From: Candidatus Liptonbacteria bacterium
Lineage (GTDB): Bacteria > Patescibacteriota > Minisyncoccia > UBA6257 > 2-01-FULL-56-20
DNA: 64,000 bases
Reading direction: 5' to 3'
Assembly: GCA_016194445.1 (NCBI GenBank)
Contig: JACQBP010000035.1
Span: 4,396-68,395 of the forward strand
Below, piece by piece: positions 38,384 to 47,719 of this stretch. The notes beneath the pieces are model-generated. The model worked only from the letters and a program-made list of their open reading frames with translations, searched no databases and was not told the origin of the DNA. Made by a program: the position numbers and the translations under genes. Position 1 is the stretch's first letter; every line of letters begins with the position of its first letter.

Positions 38384-38883
38384 GCTTTTTCTTTGATGAC
38401 TTCGGCAGCGCGACTAATTAACTTGTCGTCGATGTATTTTGGATCGAGTTCGACCATCTTCACAATCGCTTCCTTGATTAAAGCGTTAGCTTTTTCAAAA
38501 AGTCGATCTAATTCCTCTTGTTTTTTGTGTTCCGCGATCCGAGCCGCTTCGGCGAGAGTGCCGTCCGCTTTTTCTTCGGCCACTTTTATAATTTCGTCGA
38601 AGCGTTTTTGACCCTTTTTTTCCGCTTCGCTGATTAATTTTAACGCGTTTTTATCGGCTTCGGTCATTTTTTCTTCTTTCAGTTGGTCAATTTCTTTTAG
38701 TCGCCGTTCGGCTTCTTCGGCGCCGACGAGGCCAAACTCGATCTTTTTGCGGCGCTCTTCCATGACTTTGGCGAGAGGTCGGTAAACCAGGAGCGTGAGG
38801 ACGATGAGTAGGATCAAGAAATTTGCCCCTTGAGATAATAGGAGTTTCCAGTTAATGCCTAGTTGATGAACTAATTCTTGCAT
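38380..38883 (-). CDS. atpF: ATP synthase B subunit
   Basis: N-terminal TM followed by a long charged helix. Confidence 0.75.
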   Translation of the reverse strand: MQELVHQLGINWKLLLSQGANFLILLIVLTLLVYRPLAKVMEERRKKIEFGLVGAEEAERRLKEIDQLKEEKMTEADKNALKLISEAEKKGQKRFDEIIKVAEEKADGTLAEAARIAEHKKQEELDRLFEKANALIKEAIVKMVELDPKYIDDKLISRAAEVIKEKA

Positions 38884-38945
38884 GCCGATTTTGTCTGAAT
38901 TTTAGAGCCGTCTTGAGGTGAATAAAATTCAGCCACAAAAACGAG

Positions 38946-39049
38946 CACCCCGCCCCACTTTTTACAAAGCGGGTTTTTCGACTTAATATTTTTTAAATCT
39001 AGTTTGAACATTTTTTTATACCGTGCCCTTATAAAAAGTGGGGCGGGGT
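38946..39049. repeat. perfect 18-bp inverted repeat (ACCCCGCCCCACTTTTTA / TAAAAAGTGGGGCGGGGT) between atpE and atpF
   Basis: The arms at 38947..38964 and 39032..39049 are exact reverse complements, separated by 67 nt. Confidence 0.8.
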
Positions 39050-39103
39050 ATAGGTTTTGTCAACAAAATTTTTTCGCATTCGCTCTAAATTTTGTACAAA
39101 GCC

Positions 39104-39331
39104 CTATACGAACTTTAAGATTAAAGAAACGACCAACGCGTAAATGGCGATGGCTTCGGCGAAGGCGATCGCTAAGATCATCGCCGTCTGAACTTTCGGA
39201 GCGGCTTCCGGATTGCGGCCGATAGCGTCGGCGCCTTTGGATCCGATCAGGCCGATAGCGATGGCGGGACAAATAGTACCGACCGCCATAACGATAGCGA
39301 TGGCTAATAACTTCATTGATTCTGCGTCCAT
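39104..39331 (-). CDS. atpE: ATP synthase C subunit
   Basis: Two TM helices; GRNPE loop; conserved carboxylate in FAEAIAIYAL. Confidence 0.9.
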   Translation of the reverse strand: MDAESMKLLAIAIVMAVGTICPAIAIGLIGSKGADAIGRNPEAAPKVQTAMILAIAFAEAIAIYALVVSLILKFV

Positions 39332-39366
39332 TTTATTTTTTATTTATTTTTCGATTTTTCGACCGT

Positions 39367-40116
39367 TTAGTGGCCTCCGTCTTTGGCTGTGGCCATAGCC
39401 ACAAAGACAAGAGTCAACATTGAAAAAATGAAGGCTTGAATGAAGCCTACAAAAACCTCTAAAAACATAAACGGCAGAGGGACGACGTAGGGGACTAGGA
39501 AGCCCACAATCACCAAGAGCACCTCGCCAGCAAACACGTTCCCGAATAACCGAAACGAGAACGACACTATTTTAACAAATTCGGATAAGAATTCAAGAAC
39601 GCCGACGAAGGAGATGACTGGGAAGGGTTTGTGAAAATTAAAAAATTTTGAGAAATGTTTTTTAAAGCCAATAGCGAGAATGCCCAGCAGGTTAATGGAA
39701 ATTAAGGAGATGACGGCGAGGGCCACAGTGAAGTTGAGGTCGCTCGCGGGAGAGCGGAAGAGAGGAATCACGGAAGGTAGACCCTGGTGAGTAGTGTTTA
39801 GGCCAATGGAGCCGAGAGGCAAAAGACCCAACCAGTTGGAGGTCATTATAAACAGAAAGATGGTGGCCACGATAGGCAGGTATTTCTCTGAGAGTTTGCG
39901 ATCGCCGAGAACTGAGTCCATGAGTTTCAGGATTTGCTCTAAAAGGAGTTCAAAAACGCTCTGGAGCTTGCCCGGCACCATTTTTAATCTGTTTTTGATG
40001 AGAAAACTTAATATAACCAGGATTAAGAGGCTGACAAAAGAAAGGAGGAGGGCATTGGTGACTGGAAAGCTACCAATATGGAATATCTCTTCGGCTTTTA
40101 AAGATATTTCGGGCAC
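39367..40116 (-). CDS. atpB: ATP synthase A subunit
   Basis: Polytopic protein with a conserved Arg in the ...FRLFGNVFAG region. Confidence 0.85.
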   Translation of the reverse strand: MPEISLKAEEIFHIGSFPVTNALLLSFVSLLILVILSFLIKNRLKMVPGKLQSVFELLLEQILKLMDSVLGDRKLSEKYLPIVATIFLFIMTSNWLGLLPLGSIGLNTTHQGLPSVIPLFRSPASDLNFTVALAVISLISINLLGILAIGFKKHFSKFFNFHKPFPVISFVGVLEFLSEFVKIVSFSFRLFGNVFAGEVLLVIVGFLVPYVVPLPFMFLEVFVGFIQAFIFSMLTLVFVAMATAKDGGH

Positions 40117-40147
40117 GGAAGTTTAGACTATTTGGGTTTAATACGGG

Positions 40148-40208
40148 CCCAGATAGTAGAAGTTCAGAACGCTAAAGCATATTGAAAAATCTGAACTTCA
40201 CTACCGGG
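40148..40208. repeat. GTAGTAGAA/TTCACTAC hairpin element, copy 2 (upstream of the atp operon)
   Basis: CCCAGATAGTAGAAGTTCAG ... CTGAACTTCACTACCGGG. Confidence 0.5.
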
Positions 40209-40340
40209 AGGGCGTTATTTTAGCAGATTAATGCTGTTTTGAGAAGAGGGAAAAAACGGCTCAAGGACGAAGCTCCTCGCGCCGTTACCGTGACCGCTCT
40301 CCCTCCTGGTCCAGGGGGCTCAAATTAATTATATCTCGAT

Positions 40341-40589
40341 TTAGAAAATCAGCCAGAAGAAAATTAGGGCGGCGAGGACGCGATAAACGCCAAAAGAGGT
40401 GAAGACGCTTCTGGATTCGATTTTGGAGGACCGGCGGTTCAATTGCTCCAGCGGCAATTGCCCGTCTGCGCTCTCGGCGCTAAAATTTTTCCATGAAAAA
40501 ACCAAGCTTTTAGCGCCTGCGAGAGCCCCTCCAAAATCGAATCTTTCGCTTAGGTGTGAAGAAAAGATATTTAAAAAACAATTAGCCAT
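40341..40589 (-). pseudogene. small ORF whose C-terminus duplicates the UppP C-terminal helix (possible gene remnant)
   Basis: Ends FTSFGVYRVLAALIFFWLIF, against the UppP end FTSFGIYRVIVAIILWLIVF. GC-richer than the flanks; the N-terminal part is unrelated to UppP. Confidence 0.3.
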
Positions 40590-41383
40590 AAGATAATTGC
40601 GACTATCACTCGATAGATGCCAAAGGAAGTGAAAGTGTGATTACTGATAAATTTAAGGAGAAACTTGATGGCGAAGAGAGCGACGACGAAAGAGGTGATA
40701 AAGCCAACGGCGAGCAGGCTGAATTGATCTGAAGAAAAACTGCTGGCGTTTTTGATTAAATCTAAACCAGTGGCGGCAAGCATGGTCGGAACGGCTAAGA
40801 GAAAAGAAAACTCAACGATAGTTTGACGTTTCAGGCCGAGGAAAAGACCGCCGACGATGGTGGCGGCGGCCCGAGAAACGCCGGGAACAACGGCGATGGA
40901 TTGGAAAAGGCCGATGATGAACGATTGTTTGTAGGAAATGTTTTCGAGGTTTTCGGTGGCGTCGGTTTTTTCTTGGTGGAATTTTTCAAAAATAATGAGG
41001 AAAATACCACCGAGGAGTAGACTAACTAAAACAATAGTCGTGTTGTCCAAGAAGTATTTTTTTACGACTTTGTAGAGAGCGAGTCCGATTACGGCTGTGG
41101 GCAGGAAAGCTACGAAGAGACGCTTGATGATTTCAAAGTTTTTAGTGAGGGTTTTGAAGTAGAGGACGATGACTGACAAGATTGCGCCGAGCTGGATGAA
41201 AATCTCGAAGGTTTTTAGAAATTCGGTTGAGGAAAGGTTTAAAAGTTTTGAAGTGAGGATGAGATGGCCAGTCGAGGAGATTGGCAAGAATTCGGTGATG
41301 CCTTCGACGAGGCCGAGGATGATGGAATGGATGAAGGTCATAGGTTTATTTTGACATAATGGAGGAGACTTGCCCAGCACCAC
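40571..41383 (-). CDS. uppP: undecaprenyl-diphosphatase
   Basis: MTFIHSIILGLVEGITEFLPISSTGHLIL and AAT..GVSRAA.TIVGGL motifs. Confidence 0.85.
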   Translation of the reverse strand: MVLGKSPPLCQNKPMTFIHSIILGLVEGITEFLPISSTGHLILTSKLLNLSSTEFLKTFEIFIQLGAILSVIVLYFKTLTKNFEIIKRLFVAFLPTAVIGLALYKVVKKYFLDNTTIVLVSLLLGGIFLIIFEKFHQEKTDATENLENISYKQSFIIGLFQSIAVVPGVSRAAATIVGGLFLGLKRQTIVEFSFLLAVPTMLAATGLDLIKNASSFSSDQFSLLAVGFITSFVVALFAIKFLLKFISNHTFTSFGIYRVIVAIILWLIVF

Positions 41384-41515
41384 AAGTGGAATAAAGAAGA
41401 AGTCGCGGTGGGTTGACTCGCCGTTTGAGGAGAGCCCCGGCGATCCTTTCTAAATTAAAATGGCGGTCAAGTTTTGAGCTTGACCGCCATTCGACTAATT
41501 ATAGGTGAGTTTTTA

Positions 41516-41941
41516 TTACCAGAGGGCGAGGATCGAGCCCATGATAATGAGTGAGACGAGATAGTAACCGCTGTTTAAAAACCAAACTTTCCAAGATTTG
41601 CCTTCCCAGAGAGTGGGGCCGAGAGTGACCGGAGCGATGAAGCCGAGCCAGTTTAAAAAGCCAACCATCACGCCAGATGAGAGGCCGCTTGAGTGAAGGT
41701 AGGCGTTCGCGAAAACAAGGGCGTGAGCGAGAATATAACTCATCACAAGCGCGCCAAGCGCGTTTAGGGCGTAGACTTTGCCCATACCTTTGGCTTTTGA
41801 CGCTTCAACTTTATCTGGGGTGATGCCTGAGAGAGCCATCCAAGTTTTGCCGAAGAGCGGACCGTACCATAAAAATCCGATGGCCATACTCGAGGCGGTG
41901 GCGACGATGAGGGCTAAATAATTAATAGGAACTTGAGGCAT
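41516..41941 (-). CDS. hypothetical membrane protein (DUF1761-like)
   Basis: Four TM helices. Confidence 0.4.
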   Translation of the reverse strand: MPQVPINYLALIVATASSMAIGFLWYGPLFGKTWMALSGITPDKVEASKAKGMGKVYALNALGALVMSYILAHALVFANAYLHSSGLSSGVMVGFLNWLGFIAPVTLGPTLWEGKSWKVWFLNSGYYLVSLIIMGSILALW

Positions 41942-42129
41942 ATTGATTTGTGAATGGAATTGAGTTCACCCGCCAAAATTTTCCAAATGAAAACTTAGGA
42001 GGGCAAGCGACCCCAGCCCCACTGCTTTTGGAGCTGGATTTCGCTCTCCGAATGGAAGAAAGATTTTTAATTGCGGAGAGCTCAACTTTTCCGACCTTTG
42101 GATTATTTTCTCACAAGTTATAAAAAAGA

Positions 42130-42165
42130 TACAGCCCCGCTCTTTGCTAGCAAAGAGCGGGGCTC
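42130..42165 (-). terminator. rho-independent terminator (perfect palindrome CCCCGCTCTTTGCTAGCAAAGAGCGGGG) with a T-run on the minus strand
   Basis: The hairpin is followed by TATCTTTTTTAT on the minus strand, 3' of the 42183..42569 CDS. Confidence 0.6.
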
Positions 42166-42182
42166 GTGATGCGTGATCGCTA

Positions 42183-42569
42183 TTATCCCTCGGGGAGATG
42201 ATAGGGTTTTTGGAGAGGGGCGATTTGGGTTTCGCCGGCTGGTCCAACTCCAAGCGTTCGGGAGATGGTGATGAAGTAGGGCTTTGGTAGCGAGCCCCAT
42301 TCAATGGTGAATTTTTCTCCCACAAGACTCATGGAATCCAGAAAGTCACCAACCAATCTCTTGCAGTCGGTCCAGGTGTCGGGAGCTAATTCAGCATCGA
42401 TAACCAGTTGAACTTTCGGGCAGCCGCATCGCAAGAAGTTGACTGCCGCGACCAGGTCGAGGCCTGGCTCTATGGGATTGTTTAAGACCAGGATTGGTAT
42501 CCCACCCTCGAGCATGGTGACAGTGTTTCCTCTTTGCTGGATGAGCCTGGGTCTGGGGTTGTTCTCCAT
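42183..42569 (-). CDS. hypothetical protein (GC-rich, possibly acquired)
   Basis: 128-aa ORF with a clean terminator; no recognisable motif. Overlapping ORFs are treated as spurious. Confidence 0.35.
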   Translation of the reverse strand: MENNPRPRLIQQRGNTVTMLEGGIPILVLNNPIEPGLDLVAAVNFLRCGCPKVQLVIDAELAPDTWTDCKRLVGDFLDSMSLVGEKFTIEWGSLPKPYFITISRTLGVGPAGETQIAPLQKPYHLPEG

Positions 42570-42668
42570 ACAACACTCCTTTCTATCATTTAGGTGTTTT
42601 ATCTACCTTCTTTGTTCCGATGGTATTTTTGATTATTTATGGATATTTGTCAAACATTTTAGCCCTTT

Positions 42669-42962
42669 TTATTTTAAAGCCGATTTGATTCTCACGGCTT
42701 CATCGCGGACAGTTTCGGAATCGTAGTCGCCGGCGTGGGCGTGGGTGCCAGAGTACGAAGGTTTTTTTTGGTCGAGGTGGAGGTTGATGACGATTTCATT
42801 TCCTTCTTCTTTTGAGTAAACATGAAAGCGCGGGTAGTCGCCACCCATCAGCGAACGAACGCAGTTCATCTCGCCGCGATCGGTCATGTCGATTGGGTTG
42901 TAGCCAATCTTGCGCATGGCGTTTTGGAGATTTTCGTTGCCGGATTTTACGCGGAAGGTCAT
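42669..42962 (-). CDS. hypothetical protein
   Basis: 97 aa; no recognisable motif. Confidence 0.3.
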   Translation of the reverse strand: MTFRVKSGNENLQNAMRKIGYNPIDMTDRGEMNCVRSLMGGDYPRFHVYSKEEGNEIVINLHLDQKKPSYSGTHAHAGDYDSETVRDEAVRIKSALK

Positions 42963-43050
42963 ATCAGAAGTTTATCGTTTAGTTCTCGAAATGGAAAGGC
43001 CGCAGACGAATTGCCTGCGGCCGGTGAGAAGGTGGTTTCCTGGCGGGCTT

Positions 43051-43305
43051 TCAGTGTTCTGCGCTGAGCGCGGCTCGACCAAGCATGACAGTGAGTTTCC
43101 ATGCTGACCGGATTGCGAATGTGGTGATGACAGCGCACACCAGTAGATTCACGTAAAGTTCTGGGTCTCCCAAAACGAAGCTGGCAAGTCCCGGGTTTTC
43201 GGCCGCAAACTTTACCACAGATTGATAGCTGTCGATCCACACTACATCAAAGATAGTCGCGATCGCTATCAGCAGCAGGTGTCCAGACACATTTACGTAC
43301 CGCAC
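43051..43305 (-). CDS. small hypothetical membrane protein
   Basis: Two TM helices. Confidence 0.3.
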   Translation of the reverse strand: MRYVNVSGHLLLIAIATIFDVVWIDSYQSVVKFAAENPGLASFVLGDPELYVNLLVCAVITTFAIRSAWKLTVMLGRAALSAEH

Positions 43306-43491
43306 TTTTTCCTCCTTGTCGAGTTATGAGTTAAACTTAGCTGGCTTTAAGGTAACATAGTTTTGGTAATTATTACAAGCGAGCCCTCGCGGCCTCTAAC
43401 AGGATTGACAAATTCTATACCTTTGGTATGATCGTTCAACACTATCAGACCAAGAGGCATAGTCGAGTTTCTAGGTAAAAACCAGGTAGTA

Positions 43492-43550
43492 GAACTTCGG
43501 CGTGTCGCTTTTCGCGACTGCGTTTAATCGGCCGAAGTTTCACTACCTGG
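43492..43550 (+). promoter_or_regulatory. long imperfect hairpin in the cspA 5' leader (GTAGTAGAA/TTTCACTAC element, copy 3)
   Basis: CCAGGTAGTAGAACTTCGGC ... GCCGAAGTTTCACTACCTGG, 14 nt upstream of the csp ATG. Confidence 0.55.
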
Positions 43551-43563
43551 AAAAAATAATCAA

Positions 43564-43761
43564 ATGAAAGGAACTATCAAAACGCTCACGGACAGGGGAT
43601 TTGGATTCATTGCCCGTGATGGCGAAGCGAAAGATCTCTTCTTTCACTCCAATGAATTAAAGGGAGTGACGTTTGACGAACTTAAGGTCGGCGATGCCGT
43701 TACCTTTGAAGTCGTGGATGGAGAGAAGGGTCCGAGCGCTAAGAATGTGTCACGTGAATAA
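43564..43761 (+). CDS. cspA: cold-shock protein (CspA family)
   Basis: RNP motifs KGFGFI and LFFHSNEL. Confidence 0.9.
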   Translation: MKGTIKTLTDRGFGFIARDGEAKDLFFHSNELKGVTFDELKVGDAVTFEVVDGEKGPSAKNVSRE

Positions 43762-43817
43762 AGTAGCCTGACTCTTAAAAACCACCCTCCTTGAATTAAG
43801 GAGGGTGGTTTTTATTT

Positions 43818-44783
43818 CTAGTGGGGTTTAGCCTTGATGTGATTTAAAATCTTTTCCACATTTTTGATGCTCTCGGGATCGTTCATCGAGATGGCGATCA
43901 CGTGAGGATCTATTTTTTTGAGCGCCGATAATTTTTGATTGAGTTCTTTGGGTGTGGCCAAGTCGCTTTTAGTCAGAAAAAGACGTTCGGGTTTTTTAAG
44001 GAGTGCCGAGTTCCACGCGCCGAGTTCCTGACGGATGGTTTGATAGTCTTTGGAAGGAGTGGGGGATTCCGATGAAATAAAGTGGAAAAGAAGATGCGTT
44101 CGCTCGATGTGGCGGAGGAACTTGATGCCTAAGCCCTTACCACTCGATGACCCTTCGATGAGTCCGGGAATATCCGCGAGGATAAGTTCGTAGTAGGCAC
44201 CGAGGTGGGGCTCAAGCGTGGTGAAGGGATAATTAGCCACTTTACTTCTTGCGCTCGTCAGTTTGTTCAACAAGCTTGATTTGCCGACATTTGGAAAGCC
44301 CACGAAGCCGATATCGGCAATGAACTTAAGCTCGAGCCGGAGGGCAAAATTATCTCCGGGTAGGCCCGGCTGCGCCTGTTTTGGGGTGGTGTTACGAGAA
44401 GAACGAAACTGGAAATTGCCTTTTCCACCGATGCCGCCTTTGGCGAGGAGGACCAGCTCGTCGATTTTTTCAAAGTTAATTTCTGCGCCGTTGGTAAGGT
44501 TGTGGGCGACAGTGCCAATCGGCAATTTCAAAATAAGGTCACGTCCATCTCGGCCGTCGAGAAACTGGCCGCGACCGTCCCGACCATCTTCAGCAAAAAA
44601 TTCTTTTTTAAAGCGGAATTGCCAGAGCGCGCCCAGATCGGAGACACCGAGGCCGTAGATGCTGCCGCCTTTGCCGCCCGATCCTCCGGTCGGTCCGAGA
44701 CTCTTCAAGTTCTTATTAAAAGCCACGGCGCCTTTTCCGCCGTGGCCGGCGCTGATTTTTATTTTGACATCATCGATGAGCAT
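43818..44783 (-). CDS. obg: GTPase Obg (lacks the C-terminal extension)
   Basis: Obg-fold Gly-rich N-domain; G1 GFPNVGKSS; DIPG; NKSD. Confidence 0.88.
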   Translation of the reverse strand: MLIDDVKIKISAGHGGKGAVAFNKNLKSLGPTGGSGGKGGSIYGLGVSDLGALWQFRFKKEFFAEDGRDGRGQFLDGRDGRDLILKLPIGTVAHNLTNGAEINFEKIDELVLLAKGGIGGKGNFQFRSSRNTTPKQAQPGLPGDNFALRLELKFIADIGFVGFPNVGKSSLLNKLTSARSKVANYPFTTLEPHLGAYYELILADIPGLIEGSSSGKGLGIKFLRHIERTHLLFHFISSESPTPSKDYQTIRQELGAWNSALLKKPERLFLTKSDLATPKELNQKLSALKKIDPHVIAISMNDPESIKNVEKILNHIKAKPH

Positions 44784-44813
44784 ATAAAGGAGAATCTAAA
44801 TAAATTCGGGATT

Positions 44814-45407
44814 TTAGAGGGTATTGGTTTGTTCCCGGCCGGTTGAAGTTCGATACACCCTACACGCTGCCCAAAGACCAAGTCCGTTTCCGCGAGCTTC
44901 AGTTTCGGCTTCGTTAAAATCTTTAACCCGAGAAGTATCCGGTTCGTAGGGGTAGCTAAAGGCCAATCCCTGTTTGACTAGCGCCAAATTCACAAAAGTG
45001 CCGTCGCTAAGATACACAAAGCCTAGCCAGCGGCCGTACTTATCTCGATCCGATACATCTTTGTAAAAAATAATCGACTGGCCTTCGACTAGAGCTTGAT
45101 TGGCGGCGGCCGCTTCTTTGGCAAAACATTGAACTGGCTTTCTCGGATCGACTTCCTCGGGCGTATCGATGCCGATGTAGCGCAACCGATCGCCATTCAC
45201 CAGTTCAACCGTGTCGCCATCGATCACTCTTACCACTTTAATCGCGTGGCCAGCTTCCGTTTTGAAGGAAGCGTCATAGAGCGTCGCGGTATTTTTACCT
45301 AACCCGCCGATCAGAGCCGGAGACGCGTAGTGATAAAACAAAAAAGCCGCAATCAATGCGCCAGCCAGAAAATAAAATTTCTTCAATGTCATCGGCCTAA
45401 TATTCAA
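44814..45407 (-). CDS. secreted thermonuclease (SNase-like)
   Basis: Signal peptide; VIDGDTVEL ... RYIGIDTPE ... GRWLG catalytic pattern. Confidence 0.75.
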   Translation of the reverse strand: MNIRPMTLKKFYFLAGALIAAFLFYHYASPALIGGLGKNTATLYDASFKTEAGHAIKVVRVIDGDTVELVNGDRLRYIGIDTPEEVDPRKPVQCFAKEAAAANQALVEGQSIIFYKDVSDRDKYGRWLGFVYLSDGTFVNLALVKQGLAFSYPYEPDTSRVKDFNEAETEARGNGLGLWAACRVYRTSTGREQTNTL

Positions 45408-45496
45408 AAATACAGTTTTTACTTCCTTTATTAGATGCGTTCAGAACTTTGATTGGAGGAAAGATAGGGTGAGAAGTGGAAGAACTGCGGTTAGAG

Positions 45497-45715
45497 TTAA
45501 GATTTGCCGTTTAGATACTTACTTGCAACACTTAACGCAAATGAAGGCAGTATAATAAAGACCGCCGTAAATAGAAGTTTCATTAATAATATATGTAGAC
45601 TCGAGCTATTGGCATCCCCTCCATCCGGCAATGTCAAAACTACTAATATTCCAATAATTCCAAAAGCAATGGATGAGTAAACAAATATTCGTGTCACTAT
45701 TTTTTGTTTCGACAT
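45497..45715 (-). CDS. small hypothetical membrane protein
   Basis: Two TM helices. Confidence 0.3.
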   Translation of the reverse strand: MSKQKIVTRIFVYSSIAFGIIGILVVLTLPDGGDANSSSLHILLMKLLFTAVFIILPSFALSVASKYLNGKS

Positions 45716-46155
45716 GGTCGGGGATCCTCGATAAATTCAAATCTTTAAATTTATCGGGACATAGTTTTAGTATATCTGTGTATTTTAATCATCAAAGGTC
45801 GAATCAAAAATTCAAAATTTTAACGCCGCCGATTCTATCTAACTTATCCACAACTACTGTCTTGACGAGTGGGACCACTTAAGGAGCTATTAGAGATACC
45901 GAGCTTTTTGGGGAGTACAATTGGCCTTTCAGGGTCAATTAAGGCAACTAATCAGGGTCAATATACGGCATAGAAAGTATTCAAGCCTTGTCTAGTCAAA
46001 CTGATATATCAACAGCCGAACGAGCACTCTTTTCAATCGGCGCACCAATAATTACTACTTTAGGAGCTATAGGCACGGCATATTTCGGTTCCGCTATTGG
46101 TCTAAAAATTAAGAAGGTGCTTGAATCTAAAAAAGCTCGATAATGACAACTAAAA

Positions 46156-46452
46156 ATGCCATCAATATTTAGAGAATTTTTAAATAAGTCTGGATTAAGC
46201 GATGACAAAATCAAAGAGTTTGAAAAAGAATTCGCGATAGTAATCTTGCTTAAAATCCTTAGCGAGACCTACGAAAAACTTTCGACAGATGACAGAGAAA
46301 AAGTTAAACAACTTTTCGACCAAAGAAAGATGGATGAGATAATTGAATTTATCGAAGGAAAATACCCAATCGAAGAGTGGAAACAACTCCTTGAATCAAA
46401 AATCGCGCCAATTTTTGAAAGCTACATAAAAGAGGTCGTATTCGGAAAATAA
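46156..46452 (+). CDS. hypothetical protein
   Basis: 98 aa, helical, charged. Confidence 0.35.
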   Translation: MPSIFREFLNKSGLSDDKIKEFEKEFAIVILLKILSETYEKLSTDDREKVKQLFDQRKMDEIIEFIEGKYPIEEWKQLLESKIAPIFESYIKEVVFGK

Positions 46453-46500
46453 TTTAGAATATCTAACCATATTCTATCGTCACCACAGCTTTCGCGATTA

Positions 46501-47439
46501 TTACTGTGAATTTTTAGCTTTAGGTGTTCCGCCTTTAACTAACGAAGTGTGCCAGCCAAAATCGTTTACATTTCGCTCCAGAGTTTGCTTTGTCTTGTTG
46601 TCTCCCCCAAAAGTCCCCCATCCCGAGAGTGCGTTAACTTCATCCACTACCTTGCAATCTTGATCAAAAAGTTTCAGCCATTCGCCGTCGTTCGACATCG
46701 CGCCCACATAAATTTTATCCGCCGGAATTCCCGGCACCGAATTATCATCCGTCCGCTCCAACAAGAAAAGCCCGCCGGAGGAAATTTTTTCATTACTTCT
46801 AAAAACAATCTTAATCGTGCCTTTAGAATTTTTTATCTGCCAACCCTTCAAACTAACTTCGCCGGAAAAATTATTTTTCAGTTCCATCCATTCGTTGTTC
46901 GATGAACTCGCGCTCCCCATCCACGCTACCTCATTCAATAAAACTTTTCCGCTCGGCGTACTCGAAACCGAAAAATCACAATCTTGGATCGTCGGCTGAC
47001 TCGGTACTACTCGACTCACCGAAGATGTCGCCGTAGTTGTCGCGACCGGAACTTCTAAAGTAGAATTTTTAAAACTTTTAGCATTGTTTTTACCGAAACT
47101 GCGCGTGGTTGAAGTCATTCCACTCTCGCTCGCGCTTGTTTTCACCGATTTTCGAGAAACGTCGCCACCCTCCGGCGTCAAAACTTTCGTCGAAGTCGAA
47201 TTTTTATTTTGTGAACCACCCAGTTCGACTTCGTAAACCGGTTTCTCACTCTTAAAACCAAAAACGTCCTTCAGAGTTTGCGAGACTGACACCGAAAAAT
47301 TCCCTAAAAGAGAGTTTTCTCCCGAAATTTTCCCGCCGAAAACAAAAACTAAGACTAACAAGCCAGCTAAACCTGAACCAATCCAAAACTTCGGTCGCGT
47401 CCAAAATTTTTTCTTCCCTAAATCAAATTCTTCCTCCAT
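46501..47439 (-). CDS. secreted lamin-tail-domain (LTD) protein
   Basis: N-terminal TM/signal. The C-terminal region LLNEVAWMGSASSSNNEWMELKN...LKGWQIKN...LFLLER is typical of LTD proteins. Confidence 0.65.
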   Translation of the reverse strand: MEEEFDLGKKKFWTRPKFWIGSGLAGLLVLVFVFGGKISGENSLLGNFSVSVSQTLKDVFGFKSEKPVYEVELGGSQNKNSTSTKVLTPEGGDVSRKSVKTSASESGMTSTTRSFGKNNAKSFKNSTLEVPVATTTATSSVSRVVPSQPTIQDCDFSVSSTPSGKVLLNEVAWMGSASSSNNEWMELKNNFSGEVSLKGWQIKNSKGTIKIVFRSNEKISSGGLFLLERTDDNSVPGIPADKIYVGAMSNDGEWLKLFDQDCKVVDEVNALSGWGTFGGDNKTKQTLERNVNDFGWHTSLVKGGTPKAKNSQ

Positions 47440-47719
47440 CTTTGATAAAATTTCTTAAAAATAAAACTGGCCCGCCCTTCCCAAAACCCTGTCAAGGGGG
47501 AAAGCCTCCTTCCCCTTGCCAAAACTCGAACCTATCCTTAAAACTTAGTTCGATTCGGCTCTGATTTTTAAGAGCTCCCCGTGTCGCGAAAAGTCTCTAG
47601 CGGTTATCATAATGATTTCCCTAAAAAGTAGCAAATGTCTCGGACTTATCCACAAGACTTAAAAAAAATCTCGGTGGTAAACTTATCCTGTCAAAAAAAA
47701 TTTAGTGAGGCCAGGAATT

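Noticed and set aside
47440-47719. Cobalamin riboswitch upstream of the class II ribonucleotide reductase
   Set aside because: No B12-box-like conserved core is recognisable; only a short hairpin (CAAGGGGGAA/TTCCCCTTG) is present.
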